NCBI GenBank assembly: GCA_964499695.1
Contig: CAZCMD010000003.1
Span: 12,842-76,841 of the forward strand
Reading direction: 5' to 3'
Origin: an uncultured Desulfatiglans sp.
GTDB lineage: Bacteria > Desulfobacterota > DSM-4660 > Desulfatiglandales > HGW-15
DNA length: 64,000 nucleotides
Shown here: positions 53,877-63,885 of the stretch, in pieces
How positions within the stretch are numbered: the stretch's first letter is position 1
Layout: each line of letters begins with the position of its first letter
Notes under the pieces: model-generated
What the model was told of the DNA's origin: nothing
The model's input: the letters and a program-made list of their open reading frames with translations, nothing else
Databases searched by the model: none
Position numbers and translations under genes: made by a program

Positions 53877-53929
53877 TTTACTCGTTCCCACGGTCCCCGT
53901 GGGAACGTAGCCTTTAGACACTCTGCGTC
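53877..53929 (+). repeat. second short repeat family, copy D1 (11-bp perfect palindrome cgttcccacgg-tcc-ccgtgggaacg)
   Basis: ttttactcgttcccacggtccccgtgggaacgtagcctttagacactctgcgtc resembles 56543-56595. Confidence 0.55.
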
Positions 53930-53962
53930 ACAAGATAACCCTTTATGCTGTTTTACTCTATT

Positions 53963-54493
53963 TCATGACTCTTCAGTAACCAATTTTATAATATGGAAAC
54001 CGAGTATCCCGCCGAGCATGCAGAGAAGGTAATCGGAAATCACAAACATAAACATGATCACACCTAAATGGAATCCCAACTGCTCTCTTGCTGTCTGTAC
54101 AGCGACTATAACTGCGTCACCTAACCCGAACACATCAAAGAAGTTCGTTAACAGGTGTAAACCGCCTCCCACACAGACAACAAGCAGGATAAACACTGTT
54201 AAAAAAGCAGCGCCAGCCAGGGTGCCATATCTCGAATCGGATGCCCCTGTTTTTTTGGCAATTATACAGCCGGCAAGGACGGACAAAGGGAAATCAACAA
54301 GCCATGCCCCCAAAGCCTCGACTGTGAGAAAAGTCATCCCGCCGAGGATCGGTTGCAGAATGTTGAACTGAACCGCCATCACTATTTCCGCCAAAAAGAG
54401 CCCGACGATACCTGGGATGAAGGTTCCCATTAGAAATGCTGTTCTATGTTTGCTAAGGATGTCCCAGATATTTACCAGTGCTTTCTTTGTCAT
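53963..54493 (-). CDS. integral membrane protein, unknown function
   Basis: 176 aa with 4-5 hydrophobic helices and no recognisable motif. Confidence 0.5.
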   Translation of the reverse strand: MTKKALVNIWDILSKHRTAFLMGTFIPGIVGLFLAEIVMAVQFNILQPILGGMTFLTVEALGAWLVDFPLSVLAGCIIAKKTGASDSRYGTLAGAAFLTVFILLVVCVGGGLHLLTNFFDVFGLGDAVIVAVQTAREQLGFHLGVIMFMFVISDYLLCMLGGILGFHIIKLVTEES

Positions 54494-54629
54494 ATGTCAA
54501 ACCTTTGTGCTTCGATCCTTTTTTTATATATTTGCATCTTATGATCTATTTATTTTTTTATGGTCCCCTTGGCTCCCTAAAGTTATTCGGTGATTTGCCC
54601 CCTTTTTCTAGACCCCTTTTTATAATAAA

Positions 54630-55655
54630 CTACTCGAATAGCGAAAGTCGGGTTAATATCTCAAGTATCTCACGGTTTACAATATTCGGATGAGTCCAGT
54701 GAACAGCATGTCCTGCTCCGTCTATCACAATATGCTTACTGGTATCGGACCAATTTTTAAGACCAACCTGATTCTTCCATGCATCATTGTAATTACGTAG
54801 ATACTGTGATGTCAATATTGTCAATGGGATATTTAAATGTCTGTTTGATGCTACCTTCGAGGCGTTTAATTCTTTATTGACCCCTTCATCCACCTGGTTC
54901 TTATTGTTGTATAATCTCAGGAACATCATTGCATCCAGGTTCTTCAAGCCGAGAGGCGCTGACGCCCAATTGTTTCTGGCAGTGCTTAAAGAGGTTGATG
55001 AATAGAGCCCGCATCTAAACAGCAGCCGGGTAAGCCCAATCCGATTTGATATGTAGATTGCCAAATTGCTCAATTTAACCCGAATGTATAAACGAGTTGA
55101 TGATTTCGCCATATTTACATCCGAATACATATCAGGATTTGACCCATCTATGAGAACCACACCTTTCACTTCGTTTGGGTATCTCTGAGCAAACCTGATC
55201 ACTTCAAGCGAGCCGATGGAATGTCCTACAAGTATATAAGGCGGCTTTTCACCTGACATTTTCAATAACTCATGTATCTCTTGTGCTATATTGTCAATAC
55301 CTCTGGGGACATTTGTTACATCGCTCCATCCATACCCGGGACGATCGTAGACAGCTATCCTCGTATATTTCGATATCTCACTCCATAATGGATAGAAGTC
55401 AGCATACGGGCATGGTATTTTCCACCCAGACGCAAATACCACAGTTGAATCGCCACTTCCTTTTGCAAAAATGTGCATGTTGTGCCCATTTACTGGGACA
55501 ATTCGTCCTACCGAAGGATAATTATTTTTATCAAGCCATTCCCCGATATATTCGTATAGAATGCCCATGAATAGAATTGCTGCTAATATTAATGCAACTA
55601 ATTTTTTCTTACTCACTGTCCACCTGCCTATTATCTTGTCATCTTGTTTTTTCAT
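54630..55655 (-). CDS. membrane-anchored alpha/beta hydrolase
   Basis: N-terminal TM helix, GHSIGS nucleophile elbow and 'VVLIDGS'. The start is uncertain (55670 or 55655); either overlaps the upstream gene's end. Confidence 0.7.
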   Translation of the reverse strand: MKKQDDKIIGRWTVSKKKLVALILAAILFMGILYEYIGEWLDKNNYPSVGRIVPVNGHNMHIFAKGSGDSTVVFASGWKIPCPYADFYPLWSEISKYTRIAVYDRPGYGWSDVTNVPRGIDNIAQEIHELLKMSGEKPPYILVGHSIGSLEVIRFAQRYPNEVKGVVLIDGSNPDMYSDVNMAKSSTRLYIRVKLSNLAIYISNRIGLTRLLFRCGLYSSTSLSTARNNWASAPLGLKNLDAMMFLRLYNNKNQVDEGVNKELNASKVASNRHLNIPLTILTSQYLRNYNDAWKNQVGLKNWSDTSKHIVIDGAGHAVHWTHPNIVNREILEILTRLSLFE

Positions 55656-56481
55656 ATAGGATATTTTCAAAATTTTCTTTTGGTTGATACTTTAATACAT
55701 TAACTGCTTTTTCAATTACATAAATACGATCAATTGAATCTGGGAGTTTCCAGCCTGCATTCAAAAATTGACCTCTTGCATTTGGAAACTTCATATCAAT
55801 AATAGACCATGGGTCATCCAATAGAATTTTACATTCTTCCTTAACAAAAGGTGAGGAGGCGGAAATATTAAACACATGAAAACCTTTTAAGTCACTTCGC
55901 ACTGCCTGATAATGGGCTTCTGCAACATCCTCTCTGCTTACTCCGCGATACAATCTATAGAAAACCATTAAATAGTCAGGTTCAGGAAAACAGCGCGACA
56001 TTCTTAAAACGATTGTGTTCATGCCTGCCTTTGAAGCATTATAACAGAGGTTCTCTGCCTCTAACTTTGTTACATCATATATATCTTCCGGATTCGGGTC
56101 CAAACTTTCTGTCACCCAAACAGCCTCGTCTTTTGAGCGGGTTGTACATCCATAGACCGAAGTTGTACTTGTATAAACAAAGCGTTTTACTTTGATTGCC
56201 AATGCTTTATTTATTAATATCTCAGTGCCAGATACATTTACATTCCTGAATATGTTTTCATCGATAACACCGACATGAGGCGCGTGATATGCTGCACAGT
56301 GAACAACAGCATTAATATCATTCATTACCACATCAAGAAATCGACGGTCCGTAATATCGCCTACATGAGTTGTAAACTCACCTGGGAGGATATCAACACC
56401 GATGACCTCCGCATCTGATATAAGCCTTTTAGCAATTGCTGAACCGATTCTTCCGGATGTTCCAGTAACCAGTACTTTCAT
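55639..56481 (-). CDS. NAD-dependent epimerase/dehydratase (extended SDR)
   Basis: ORF reaches 56538; start moved to ATG 56481 (GGAGAAAAA-ATG). Motifs MKVLVTGTSGRIGS and YDVTK (YxxxK). Confidence 0.8.
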   Translation of the reverse strand: MKVLVTGTSGRIGSAIAKRLISDAEVIGVDILPGEFTTHVGDITDRRFLDVVMNDINAVVHCAAYHAPHVGVIDENIFRNVNVSGTEILINKALAIKVKRFVYTSTTSVYGCTTRSKDEAVWVTESLDPNPEDIYDVTKLEAENLCYNASKAGMNTIVLRMSRCFPEPDYLMVFYRLYRGVSREDVAEAHYQAVRSDLKGFHVFNISASSPFVKEECKILLDDPWSIIDMKFPNARGQFLNAGWKLPDSIDRIYVIEKAVNVLKYQPKENFENILYEKTR

Positions 56482-56542
56482 TTTTTCTCCGTGTTTGTTA
56501 TCCCTTGTTGAACCGATGCCAGGTTTTAGTTCTGTCAAGTTC

Positions 56543-56595
56543 TTTCACTCGTTTCCACGATTCCCGTGGGGACCGCTTCTTTTAAGCTCCGCGTC
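56543..56595 (+). repeat. second short repeat family, copy D2 (palindrome degraded)
   Basis: tttcactcgtttccacgattcccgtggggaccgcttcttttaagctccgcgtc. Confidence 0.5.
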
Positions 56596-56850
56596 TTTTT
56601 GCTAAAAATGATGGGCACTCTTAAGAATTAGATATCATTTTTTTTAAACCACCCAAATATAAAAAAGGCAGGTAAAGATAATCACCTTCAACCGCCTTGA
56701 TTTATATAATAGCCTTATATAGGGGTAACCTTTAAAACTAAAAACCTAATAACCGTTCCACATCAAGGTTGCGCCCCATATCAAATATCTTCTTAATATC
56801 ACGATATTTTATTTTTTAAGCTCCCCTTTTTGCTACATATTTACATTTGA

Positions 56851-57016
56851 TAATTAGTGTCAATACAGAAAGAGGCAAATTCTGGATGGAGCTTTCAGCA
56901 GTCAGCTATCAGCTGTCAGCCAAATCTTTATTTTTAATACCTTTCGCTGAAAGCTGAACGCTTATGGCTGACCGCTTGAATCCAAAAACAACAGTTTTTG
57001 GATGGACACTAATTAA
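56851..57016 (-). repeat. MITE-like CAGC-rich repeat, copy C, with intact 11-bp terminal inverted repeats
   Basis: taattagtgtc (56851-56861) and gacactaatta (57005-57015) are perfect TIRs. The core 56879-57016 is the rc of copy B. Confidence 0.75.
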
Positions 57017-57252
57017 CCGTACCACCTTTCTTTTTTCTTTTTCACATTTTTTTAATTCTTTTTTGACATTTTTTTCACATATGACCTGTCATAGTCAATT
57101 CCAGTTTTATGACCAGTGAAATTCTGTAAGCAGATGATGAGCCGGCTTTGTTTGCTGTCAGATATTTTGAGTCAGTAATATGGCATGGAGGGAAACAATA
57201 TCCAAGCGTTTACCTCCTCTGAAAATTAACAGAAAACCAGGAGGATTAAAAA

Positions 57253-58233
57253 TTGTTTAATACAATAATTAAAAAACATAAATGGGTAACTGTAATATCA
57301 ATATTTCTATTTGTTTCTTTAGGAATAGTTGCTTCATCAGGCGCCAAAGAAATTTCAGAAGCTGTAAAGGTTAAAATAGAAAAACAATATCCGGGTGCTG
57401 AGATCGTGGAAATCAGGGAAGACACCTGGAATGGCAAACCGGTAACTGAAGTGGAAGCAAGGACAGCAGAAGGCAGAGTATATGAGTTCATTATCTCACA
57501 AGATGAAAAAATCCTGCATGTTGAGGAAGAAAAAGGGCTGCCTTTAATAGGAGGAGAGTTGTCCCTGGGCGTTGCAGCGTTTTTCGAGAGAGATGTCTAT
57601 AGAGGAGTGGATGATGAAGTGCAGCCTGTGCCATTTCTGAGATACGAGAACGGGCCATTTGAAATTATGGCAAAGGATGAATTGACCCTGTCATATAAAA
57701 TATTTCAAGGGGAATCATACTCTGTTGCTGCTTTGGGAGCATATAATTTTGAGGAGGGCTATGATCCCGACGACAGCAGTTATCTGAAAGGTATGGATAA
57801 ATTAAGTTCAACATACAGTGTCGGGCTGGAAGGCGAAATGAAGGTGAGAGAGTTTATAACAGGCATTGAAGTGCTCCACGATATAAGTAGCGAGAAAAGC
57901 GGTCAGGAAGCTGAATTTTCCGTGGAGTATCCATGGCACTTTGCAGGATTTAAACTGAATGCAGGATTAAATGTGTCCTGGCTTAGCAGAAAAAGGGTTA
58001 ACTATTTATATGGTGTCTCAGCCCGGGAAGCTACTTTAGAACGCCCATTTTATAACCCCAAATCAAGTTTTGAAGTAGGCGCCGAACTCATGCTTGAAAG
58101 GCCGTTCCTTAAAAATTATACATTTGTAACCCTGATAGAAGCAAACAAGCTTGGCAGTGAAATAAGCGACAGCCCTATTGTAGATGATGATGTTGAGATA
58201 AGTGCTGCCGTGGGAATAATGTATAGCTTTTAA
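57253..58233 (+). CDS. PepSY-like domain fused to a MipA/OmpV-family outer-membrane beta-barrel
   Basis: TTG start after AGGAGG, then a signal peptide. 'VKVKIEKQYPGAEIVEIRED..NGKPVTEVEART.EGRVYEFIIS' is the PepSY-like pattern. The remainder (GVAAFFERDVYRGVDDEVQPVPFLRYENGPFE..., C-terminal MYSF) is MipA-like. Confidence 0.6.
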   Translation: MFNTIIKKHKWVTVISIFLFVSLGIVASSGAKEISEAVKVKIEKQYPGAEIVEIREDTWNGKPVTEVEARTAEGRVYEFIISQDEKILHVEEEKGLPLIGGELSLGVAAFFERDVYRGVDDEVQPVPFLRYENGPFEIMAKDELTLSYKIFQGESYSVAALGAYNFEEGYDPDDSSYLKGMDKLSSTYSVGLEGEMKVREFITGIEVLHDISSEKSGQEAEFSVEYPWHFAGFKLNAGLNVSWLSRKRVNYLYGVSAREATLERPFYNPKSSFEVGAELMLERPFLKNYTFVTLIEANKLGSEISDSPIVDDDVEISAAVGIMYSF

Positions 58234-58253
58234 CAGGAGTAAGCGATCATATC

Positions 58254-59663
58254 ATGGCTGAAATAACAGGTAATTCTTTTAAAAAATCAGCAGTAAACCT
58301 GGGATTCCTATTGTTTTTATCCGGTTGTGGCCTTGCCCCTGTCCATAATGATTTTAATGCAGTGGAGAAATTCCAGCAGGAATATTCGGGTGATATTTTA
58401 TCGGTACCTGAAGGACAGCCGCAGTGGCAGGATAGTTTTCCATCTAAAAATCTGCATGATGATCTCGTTAAGCTGATCAGGCAAAATCATGAAGTGGAGG
58501 CTGCCGCAGCACGTGTTGAGCAGGCGGTTGCTGCCCATCGTGTTGAATACTCATTTTTGTTTCCTTCAATAGATGCAGGGGCAGGCTTTGACCGTTCAAA
58601 GATTGGGGGCAATAGCAGTCAGGCTGAGCATGTCACAGGAAACATATTTTCCTTGAGTGGCATCATGAAGTGGGAACCGGATATATGGGGGCAGTTAAGG
58701 GCGAAAGAAAAGGCCTCCTCTCTGACTGTCAAAGAAAGAGAGGCATTGCTGGATAAGAAAAAATTGGATCTTCAGGATCTTCTGGTCCAGGCATGGATAA
58801 ACTACCATGTATCAAAAAAGCTTGAGAATGTCCTGGCAGAGCAGCATGAAACGAATCTTGATTTTCTTGCCTTGACAGAAAACTATTATAAGCACGGACA
58901 GGGAAGCAGTATTGATATACTGCAGCAGCAGGGGCGATTGCTGGCAACCGAAAAGGCCATGCCTGAAATTATTAACAAAAAAAAGAGTGCTGCCAACGCC
59001 TATAGGGTTTTGATGGGAACTGTTCCAAATGGCGCCGATCTTATTGATGATGAGTTGCCTTCAATTGAAGAATTGACCGTGGTTGCATCCCCTTTTGAAC
59101 TTTTTATCAACCGGGCGGATTTACGGGCGGGTTTTCTCGCTCTACAGGTAGCTGACCGGAATCTGGCCGCTTCAGTCGCCGAAAGGTTCCCGCGGCTTTC
59201 GCTTGGTGTTTCATATGGAAGAAACAGGCAAAGTTTCTCCTCAGTTGAAACTGAAACTGTCTTGAATCTGACAAGCAGTCTGCTTGCACCCATATTTGAT
59301 GCAGGGCGTCTTAAGGCACAGATGAATTTACGAGAGGCAGAGGTCTGTGAATCACTTGCACTACTGGAACAGACAGTCCTTGAAGCAGTGAGTGAGGTTG
59401 AAGATGCTGTAAACAGGGAACAGGGGTTATTTGATAAGCAGAAAATCCTGAAACGGCAAATATTAAAGGCCCAAAAAACCGTTGATAATGCAAGGCTGTT
59501 TTATATTAACGGAAAGGGATCTTATCTTACTGTCCTTTCTTCATTAATAGATCTTCAGAACCTTCAGGTTGAGGAAACTGAACTTCAGGAAGAGCTCCTT
59601 ATAAACAGATGCAGCCTATTGAGGGCCTTGGGTGCAGGATGGAGTATAAAGCATGAAAGTTAA
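58254..59663 (+). CDS. outer-membrane efflux lipoprotein (OMF/NodT-TolC family)
   Basis: Lipobox LSGC and two coiled-coil/beta repeat halves typical of OMF proteins. Confidence 0.8.
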   Translation: MAEITGNSFKKSAVNLGFLLFLSGCGLAPVHNDFNAVEKFQQEYSGDILSVPEGQPQWQDSFPSKNLHDDLVKLIRQNHEVEAAAARVEQAVAAHRVEYSFLFPSIDAGAGFDRSKIGGNSSQAEHVTGNIFSLSGIMKWEPDIWGQLRAKEKASSLTVKEREALLDKKKLDLQDLLVQAWINYHVSKKLENVLAEQHETNLDFLALTENYYKHGQGSSIDILQQQGRLLATEKAMPEIINKKKSAANAYRVLMGTVPNGADLIDDELPSIEELTVVASPFELFINRADLRAGFLALQVADRNLAASVAERFPRLSLGVSYGRNRQSFSSVETETVLNLTSSLLAPIFDAGRLKAQMNLREAEVCESLALLEQTVLEAVSEVEDAVNREQGLFDKQKILKRQILKAQKTVDNARLFYINGKGSYLTVLSSLIDLQNLQVEETELQEELLINRCSLLRALGAGWSIKHES

Positions 59664-60795
59664 TAAAAAGGAATTCTGGTATGTTCTCTTAGTTTTAATT
59701 ACAGGCTGTGTATTAACACTGGTCCTGGTTTTGGGTGAAGAGGAAAATCAATTCCCTCAGAATATTGATCATACCATTAATGTTAAAATTGTTACTGTTA
59801 AAAAGTCAGACTATCAGTTAATGATACCGGCATGGGGTTTTGTAGAACCTGCTGAAACAGTAAATATCAGGAGTGAATTAGCCGGTAAAATTGATTTTAC
59901 AGGCAAGGATGTCTTTAAAGGTGCAAAAATACAAAAAGGTAAATTGCTTTTTTCACTTGATAATAGAGACTATCTGAATGCTCTTGCAGAGGCCGAAGCG
60001 GCTAATGAACAGGCTCAGCAGGCCCTGGAGATGGAAATGGGCTGGCAGAATGTTGTTGAAAAAGAGATGGAACTGCTGGATGATCCGGAGGTGCTCGATA
60101 ATAAAAACCCTCTTATGCTTCGCGAGCCCCAGCTTAAAGAGCTGAAAGCAGGGTTGAAAGCTACTGAAGCCCGGCTGGCCCAGGCAATGCTGAATCTTGA
60201 AAAAACCCGGATATTCTCCCCCTGTACAGGCATCATTCTTGATGAATCAGTTGCCATTGATCAGTTTACTGATCCCGGGGAGAGTCCCATAAAATTTGCC
60301 TGTACTGAAAGTTATCATATCATTGCAAACTTTTCCTCAAGGTATTCACTGGATTCTGAAGAGGGTAACGTGACAATTCAGGTTGGCCCTGATCAATATA
60401 CCGGGCATATTAAGTCAGTAATCCCGCAGATAGACAGTGAAACAAGGCAAAACCAGGCCCTTGTTGAATTTACGGCAGAGAATTTGACAATGGGTTCCCA
60501 TGCGGTTCTAACCCTTCCCGGTAAATGTCAAAAAAATATTGTTGTTCTTGATAAGGCCGCTCTGCGCTCCTCCGGTACCCTATGGGTACTCAGCCCGGAA
60601 AACACCCTGGAGATACGCAATGTTTTGATCTCCGGTGAAGATAACAGAAATATTTGCGTGACGAAAGGTCTGAATGAAGGAGAAAAGGTAATACTTTCTC
60701 ATATCGCGAGTCCTTTGCAGGGTATGAAACTGAATGCTGTAAAGTCAGAAACGATTGTTTTACAGGATGAAGAGAAAAGCGGAGGGCAGATATAA
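59653..60795 (+). CDS. RND efflux periplasmic adaptor (MFP)
   Basis: N-terminal TM anchor, a coiled-coil hairpin (LNALAEAEAANEQAQQAL ... LKATEARLAQAMLNLEKT) and barrel-sandwich motifs. Overlaps the OMF gene by 11 nt. Confidence 0.8.
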   Translation: MKVNKKEFWYVLLVLITGCVLTLVLVLGEEENQFPQNIDHTINVKIVTVKKSDYQLMIPAWGFVEPAETVNIRSELAGKIDFTGKDVFKGAKIQKGKLLFSLDNRDYLNALAEAEAANEQAQQALEMEMGWQNVVEKEMELLDDPEVLDNKNPLMLREPQLKELKAGLKATEARLAQAMLNLEKTRIFSPCTGIILDESVAIDQFTDPGESPIKFACTESYHIIANFSSRYSLDSEEGNVTIQVGPDQYTGHIKSVIPQIDSETRQNQALVEFTAENLTMGSHAVLTLPGKCQKNIVVLDKAALRSSGTLWVLSPENTLEIRNVLISGEDNRNICVTKGLNEGEKVILSHIASPLQGMKLNAVKSETIVLQDEEKSGGQI

Positions 60796-63700
60796 TGAAC
60801 AGATTTCTTCATTCTTTGTTAAACCGAAAGGCATTTGCAAACAGCATAATGTTTTTGCTGATTGCGGGAGGCCTGATCTCCGCCATGAATATGAGGCAGG
60901 AGCTCTGGCCTGAAATGAAAGAACGTGAAATAGAGGTGGAAGTGGAACTGCCCGGTGCCTCACCCGATGATATTAAAAACTCTGTGATTTTATTAATTGA
61001 GAATGCAGTTCGCGGCCTGGATGGAATTAGACATGTTGACTCTGAGGCAAGTGAAGGTTCAGGAATGGTTACATTAAGCCTTCTTGAAGGAGCAGATGTA
61101 CAGAGGGTACTGGGTGATGTTAAAATTGCATTAGATCGCATTACCAACTTCCCCCAGGAAGCGGAAAAACCTGTTGTAAATGTTCCATCTCAAGTTGAAA
61201 AAGCCCTCTCAATAACCGTATCAGGCGATCAGCCTCTCATGTGGCTTTTGAGAACCGCTGAATCAATCAGGGATGATTTACGCACAGAAATAGGACTTAT
61301 GAAAGTTGAAATAGCCTTTCCCCCTGAACCTGAAATATCCGTAGAGGTAACAGAAAATATACTCAAAGAATATGGAATTACACTTGAAGATATAGCTCAA
61401 AAGGTTCGTGCAAATTCACTTGATCTTCCGGGGGGGAATATCTTATCTGAAAACTCCGATATCGCAATAAGGACTTCTGAACGCCGGGAATGGGCAGATA
61501 CCTTTTCCGATATAGTAATAGCGCAAACACCCTCCGGAAGGCCTTTGAAATTATCAGAGATTGCTGTTTTAAAAGACACATTTGGCGATTTTACAATTGA
61601 ATCCTGGTTTAATGGAAACCCTGCCATTTTGATCGATGTATACGCTGTTGGCGATGACTCTCCGATATCGGTTGAAGATAAAGTAATAGAATACCTTGAG
61701 CATACTGCAAGAGAAAAATACAGGGGTGTGGACATTAACATTTTTGAAAACGAGGCAAGCGCCTACCGCAGCCGAATGAACCTGCTTGTAGACAATGCAA
61801 TAATGGGACTTATACTGGTTATCTTTAGTCTTGGCATCTTTCTTGAACCTACTCTCGCTTTCTGGGTAATGATCGGCATGCTGACATCAGTTCTTGGCGG
61901 GTTATTGATTTTCCCTTTATTTAATGCCTCTCTGAATATGATCTCATTGTTTGCCTTTATCGTAGTCATAGGCATTGTAGTTGATGACACCATAATGATG
62001 GGAGAAGCCATTCACTCATACAGATGCAAAGGAATGGATCATTTGTCTGCTGCCGTGATGGGGCTTAAAGATATGTTTCTTCCGATTCTCATGGCAACAT
62101 CAACAACAATTCTGGTATTTATACCCATGTTTTATGTGCCCGGTTCAATGGGGGTTGTATTTAGACAGATACCGGCTGTGATTGTCGCAATCCTGCTTGT
62201 TTCAGTTGTTGAGTCAACTTTTCTCCTGTCAGTTCATTTGGCCGAAGACGGCCATGAAAGGTCCTGGAAAAAGCTTCTTGGCCGTCCTCAGCAAATTTTT
62301 AATAAAAGGCTTGAGTTTTTTATACAGGGCAGATTTAAAAAATGCATTGAGTTGTGCCTTAAATATCCTTTTGTCGCCATATCTGTCTTTATTTCTCTGA
62401 TGTTATTCACAGCAGGAGGTGTTGCGAGTGGCCTTTTAGAATTCAGTTTTACGCCTGCTATTGAGTCAGATACTGTTATTGCGCAGGCTGCGCTGCCTTA
62501 TGGCTCTCCCAAGGCCGAGTCAGTAGAAATTCAAAGGAGAATAGTCGATGCTGCTCACCGGGTGCTGAGGAATAATAAAATGGAATCAAAAGGCATATTT
62601 TCATTGATTGGAACAAGGCTTGAGGAGGGAGAAATAGAGGTGGAAACCCTTGCAGGATCTCATTATATCTCGGTTCTTTTTGGGTTGCCTCCCAGGGAGA
62701 AGAGAACTATTTCCGGCCCCGAATTTGCTCTTGAGTGGCAAAAGGCATTTGGCGACAGGGGAAATCTCGAGTCAATAAATTTTACCGGAGAGACAAAGAT
62801 AACAGGAGGTGAACCGATAAGGCTTGATGTTTTTCATCCGGATCCTGATAAAGCAGAAAAAGCTGCATCCTTTCTTGGTAACAAAATGAGAGAAATCCCG
62901 GGATTATCATCAGTCGATGATGGTATTCATGCAGGAAAGCCCCAGTTAAAACTGAGTTTTAAAAAGGAGGGGCTCAAGATGGGGATTACTGCAGAGGATA
63001 TGGCAAATCAGGTCAGGCACAGGTTTTACGGGGCAGAGGCATATCGTTTTGTAAGAGACGGTAATGAAGTAAAGGTGATGATAAGGTTGAGTGAAAAAGA
63101 ACGCACAGACATCAGTGCCATTCACGGGGTAATGCTTAAAAACCAGTATGGTTCGCTGGTTCCGCTTTCCCAGGTAGCGGAGATTACGCGCGATCATACC
63201 AGGACAAACCTGGTGCGAAGGGACGGAAAGCGTATCTTCCCCGTAACCGCTGATATAATGACAGGTATCAGTGATGATTTTATTGAGGATGAACTTGAAG
63301 AAAAGGTGTTATCTGTACTGGCTGATAAATTCCCCGGAGTATCAGTAACCGAGGGAGGGGAGGAAGAGGAAATAGATGATGCTCTGAACGCGCTGGGAAT
63401 TGGTTTTCTGGCGGTTCTGGGTGTTATATATCTTCTTTTTTCCCTCTATTTTAATTCCTGGAAACAGCCTCTTCTTATATTGTCGGTAATCCCATTCAGT
63501 TTTATTGGTGCAGTATGGGGTCACATTGTTCTCGGTTATGATCTCTCGATAGTATCAATAATGGGTATTATTGCCATGACCGGAGTAGTAATAAATGATT
63601 CACTGGTTCTTGTCACAGATTTTAACAGAAATAGAAGTAAGGATATGCCAATTCACAGGGGCATTATAAAAGCTGTATGTGAAAGATTCAGACCGGTTAT

Positions 63701-63878
63701 CCTTACTTCTCTGACCACTATTGTTGGCCTTGTACCTCTTTTGTTTGAAACATCGGAGCAGGCCCAGTTCCTTATCCCTGCGGCAATTTCAATCAGCTTT
63801 GGTATTGCTTTTGGAACCTTGATAACCCTTACGATGATACCTGCTTATCTATGGATTTTTTCAAAAAGAGAGCTATAA
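60795..63878 (+). CDS. RND efflux permease (AcrB/HAE family)
   Basis: 1027 aa with 12 TM segments and two large periplasmic loops. The start overlaps the MFP stop (TAATG). Confidence 0.9.
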   Translation: MNRFLHSLLNRKAFANSIMFLLIAGGLISAMNMRQELWPEMKEREIEVEVELPGASPDDIKNSVILLIENAVRGLDGIRHVDSEASEGSGMVTLSLLEGADVQRVLGDVKIALDRITNFPQEAEKPVVNVPSQVEKALSITVSGDQPLMWLLRTAESIRDDLRTEIGLMKVEIAFPPEPEISVEVTENILKEYGITLEDIAQKVRANSLDLPGGNILSENSDIAIRTSERREWADTFSDIVIAQTPSGRPLKLSEIAVLKDTFGDFTIESWFNGNPAILIDVYAVGDDSPISVEDKVIEYLEHTAREKYRGVDINIFENEASAYRSRMNLLVDNAIMGLILVIFSLGIFLEPTLAFWVMIGMLTSVLGGLLIFPLFNASLNMISLFAFIVVIGIVVDDTIMMGEAIHSYRCKGMDHLSAAVMGLKDMFLPILMATSTTILVFIPMFYVPGSMGVVFRQIPAVIVAILLVSVVESTFLLSVHLAEDGHERSWKKLLGRPQQIFNKRLEFFIQGRFKKCIELCLKYPFVAISVFISLMLFTAGGVASGLLEFSFTPAIESDTVIAQAALPYGSPKAESVEIQRRIVDAAHRVLRNNKMESKGIFSLIGTRLEEGEIEVETLAGSHYISVLFGLPPREKRTISGPEFALEWQKAFGDRGNLESINFTGETKITGGEPIRLDVFHPDPDKAEKAASFLGNKMREIPGLSSVDDGIHAGKPQLKLSFKKEGLKMGITAEDMANQVRHRFYGAEAYRFVRDGNEVKVMIRLSEKERTDISAIHGVMLKNQYGSLVPLSQVAEITRDHTRTNLVRRDGKRIFPVTADIMTGISDDFIEDELEEKVLSVLADKFPGVSVTEGGEEEEIDDALNALGIGFLAVLGVIYLLFSLYFNSWKQPLLILSVIPFSFIGAVWGHIVLGYDLSIVSIMGIIAMTGVVINDSLVLVTDFNRNRSKDMPIHRGIIKAVCERFRPVILTSLTTIVGLVPLLFETSEQAQFLIPAAISISFGIAFGTLITLTMIPAYLWIFSKREL

Positions 63879-63885
63879 TAGACAC

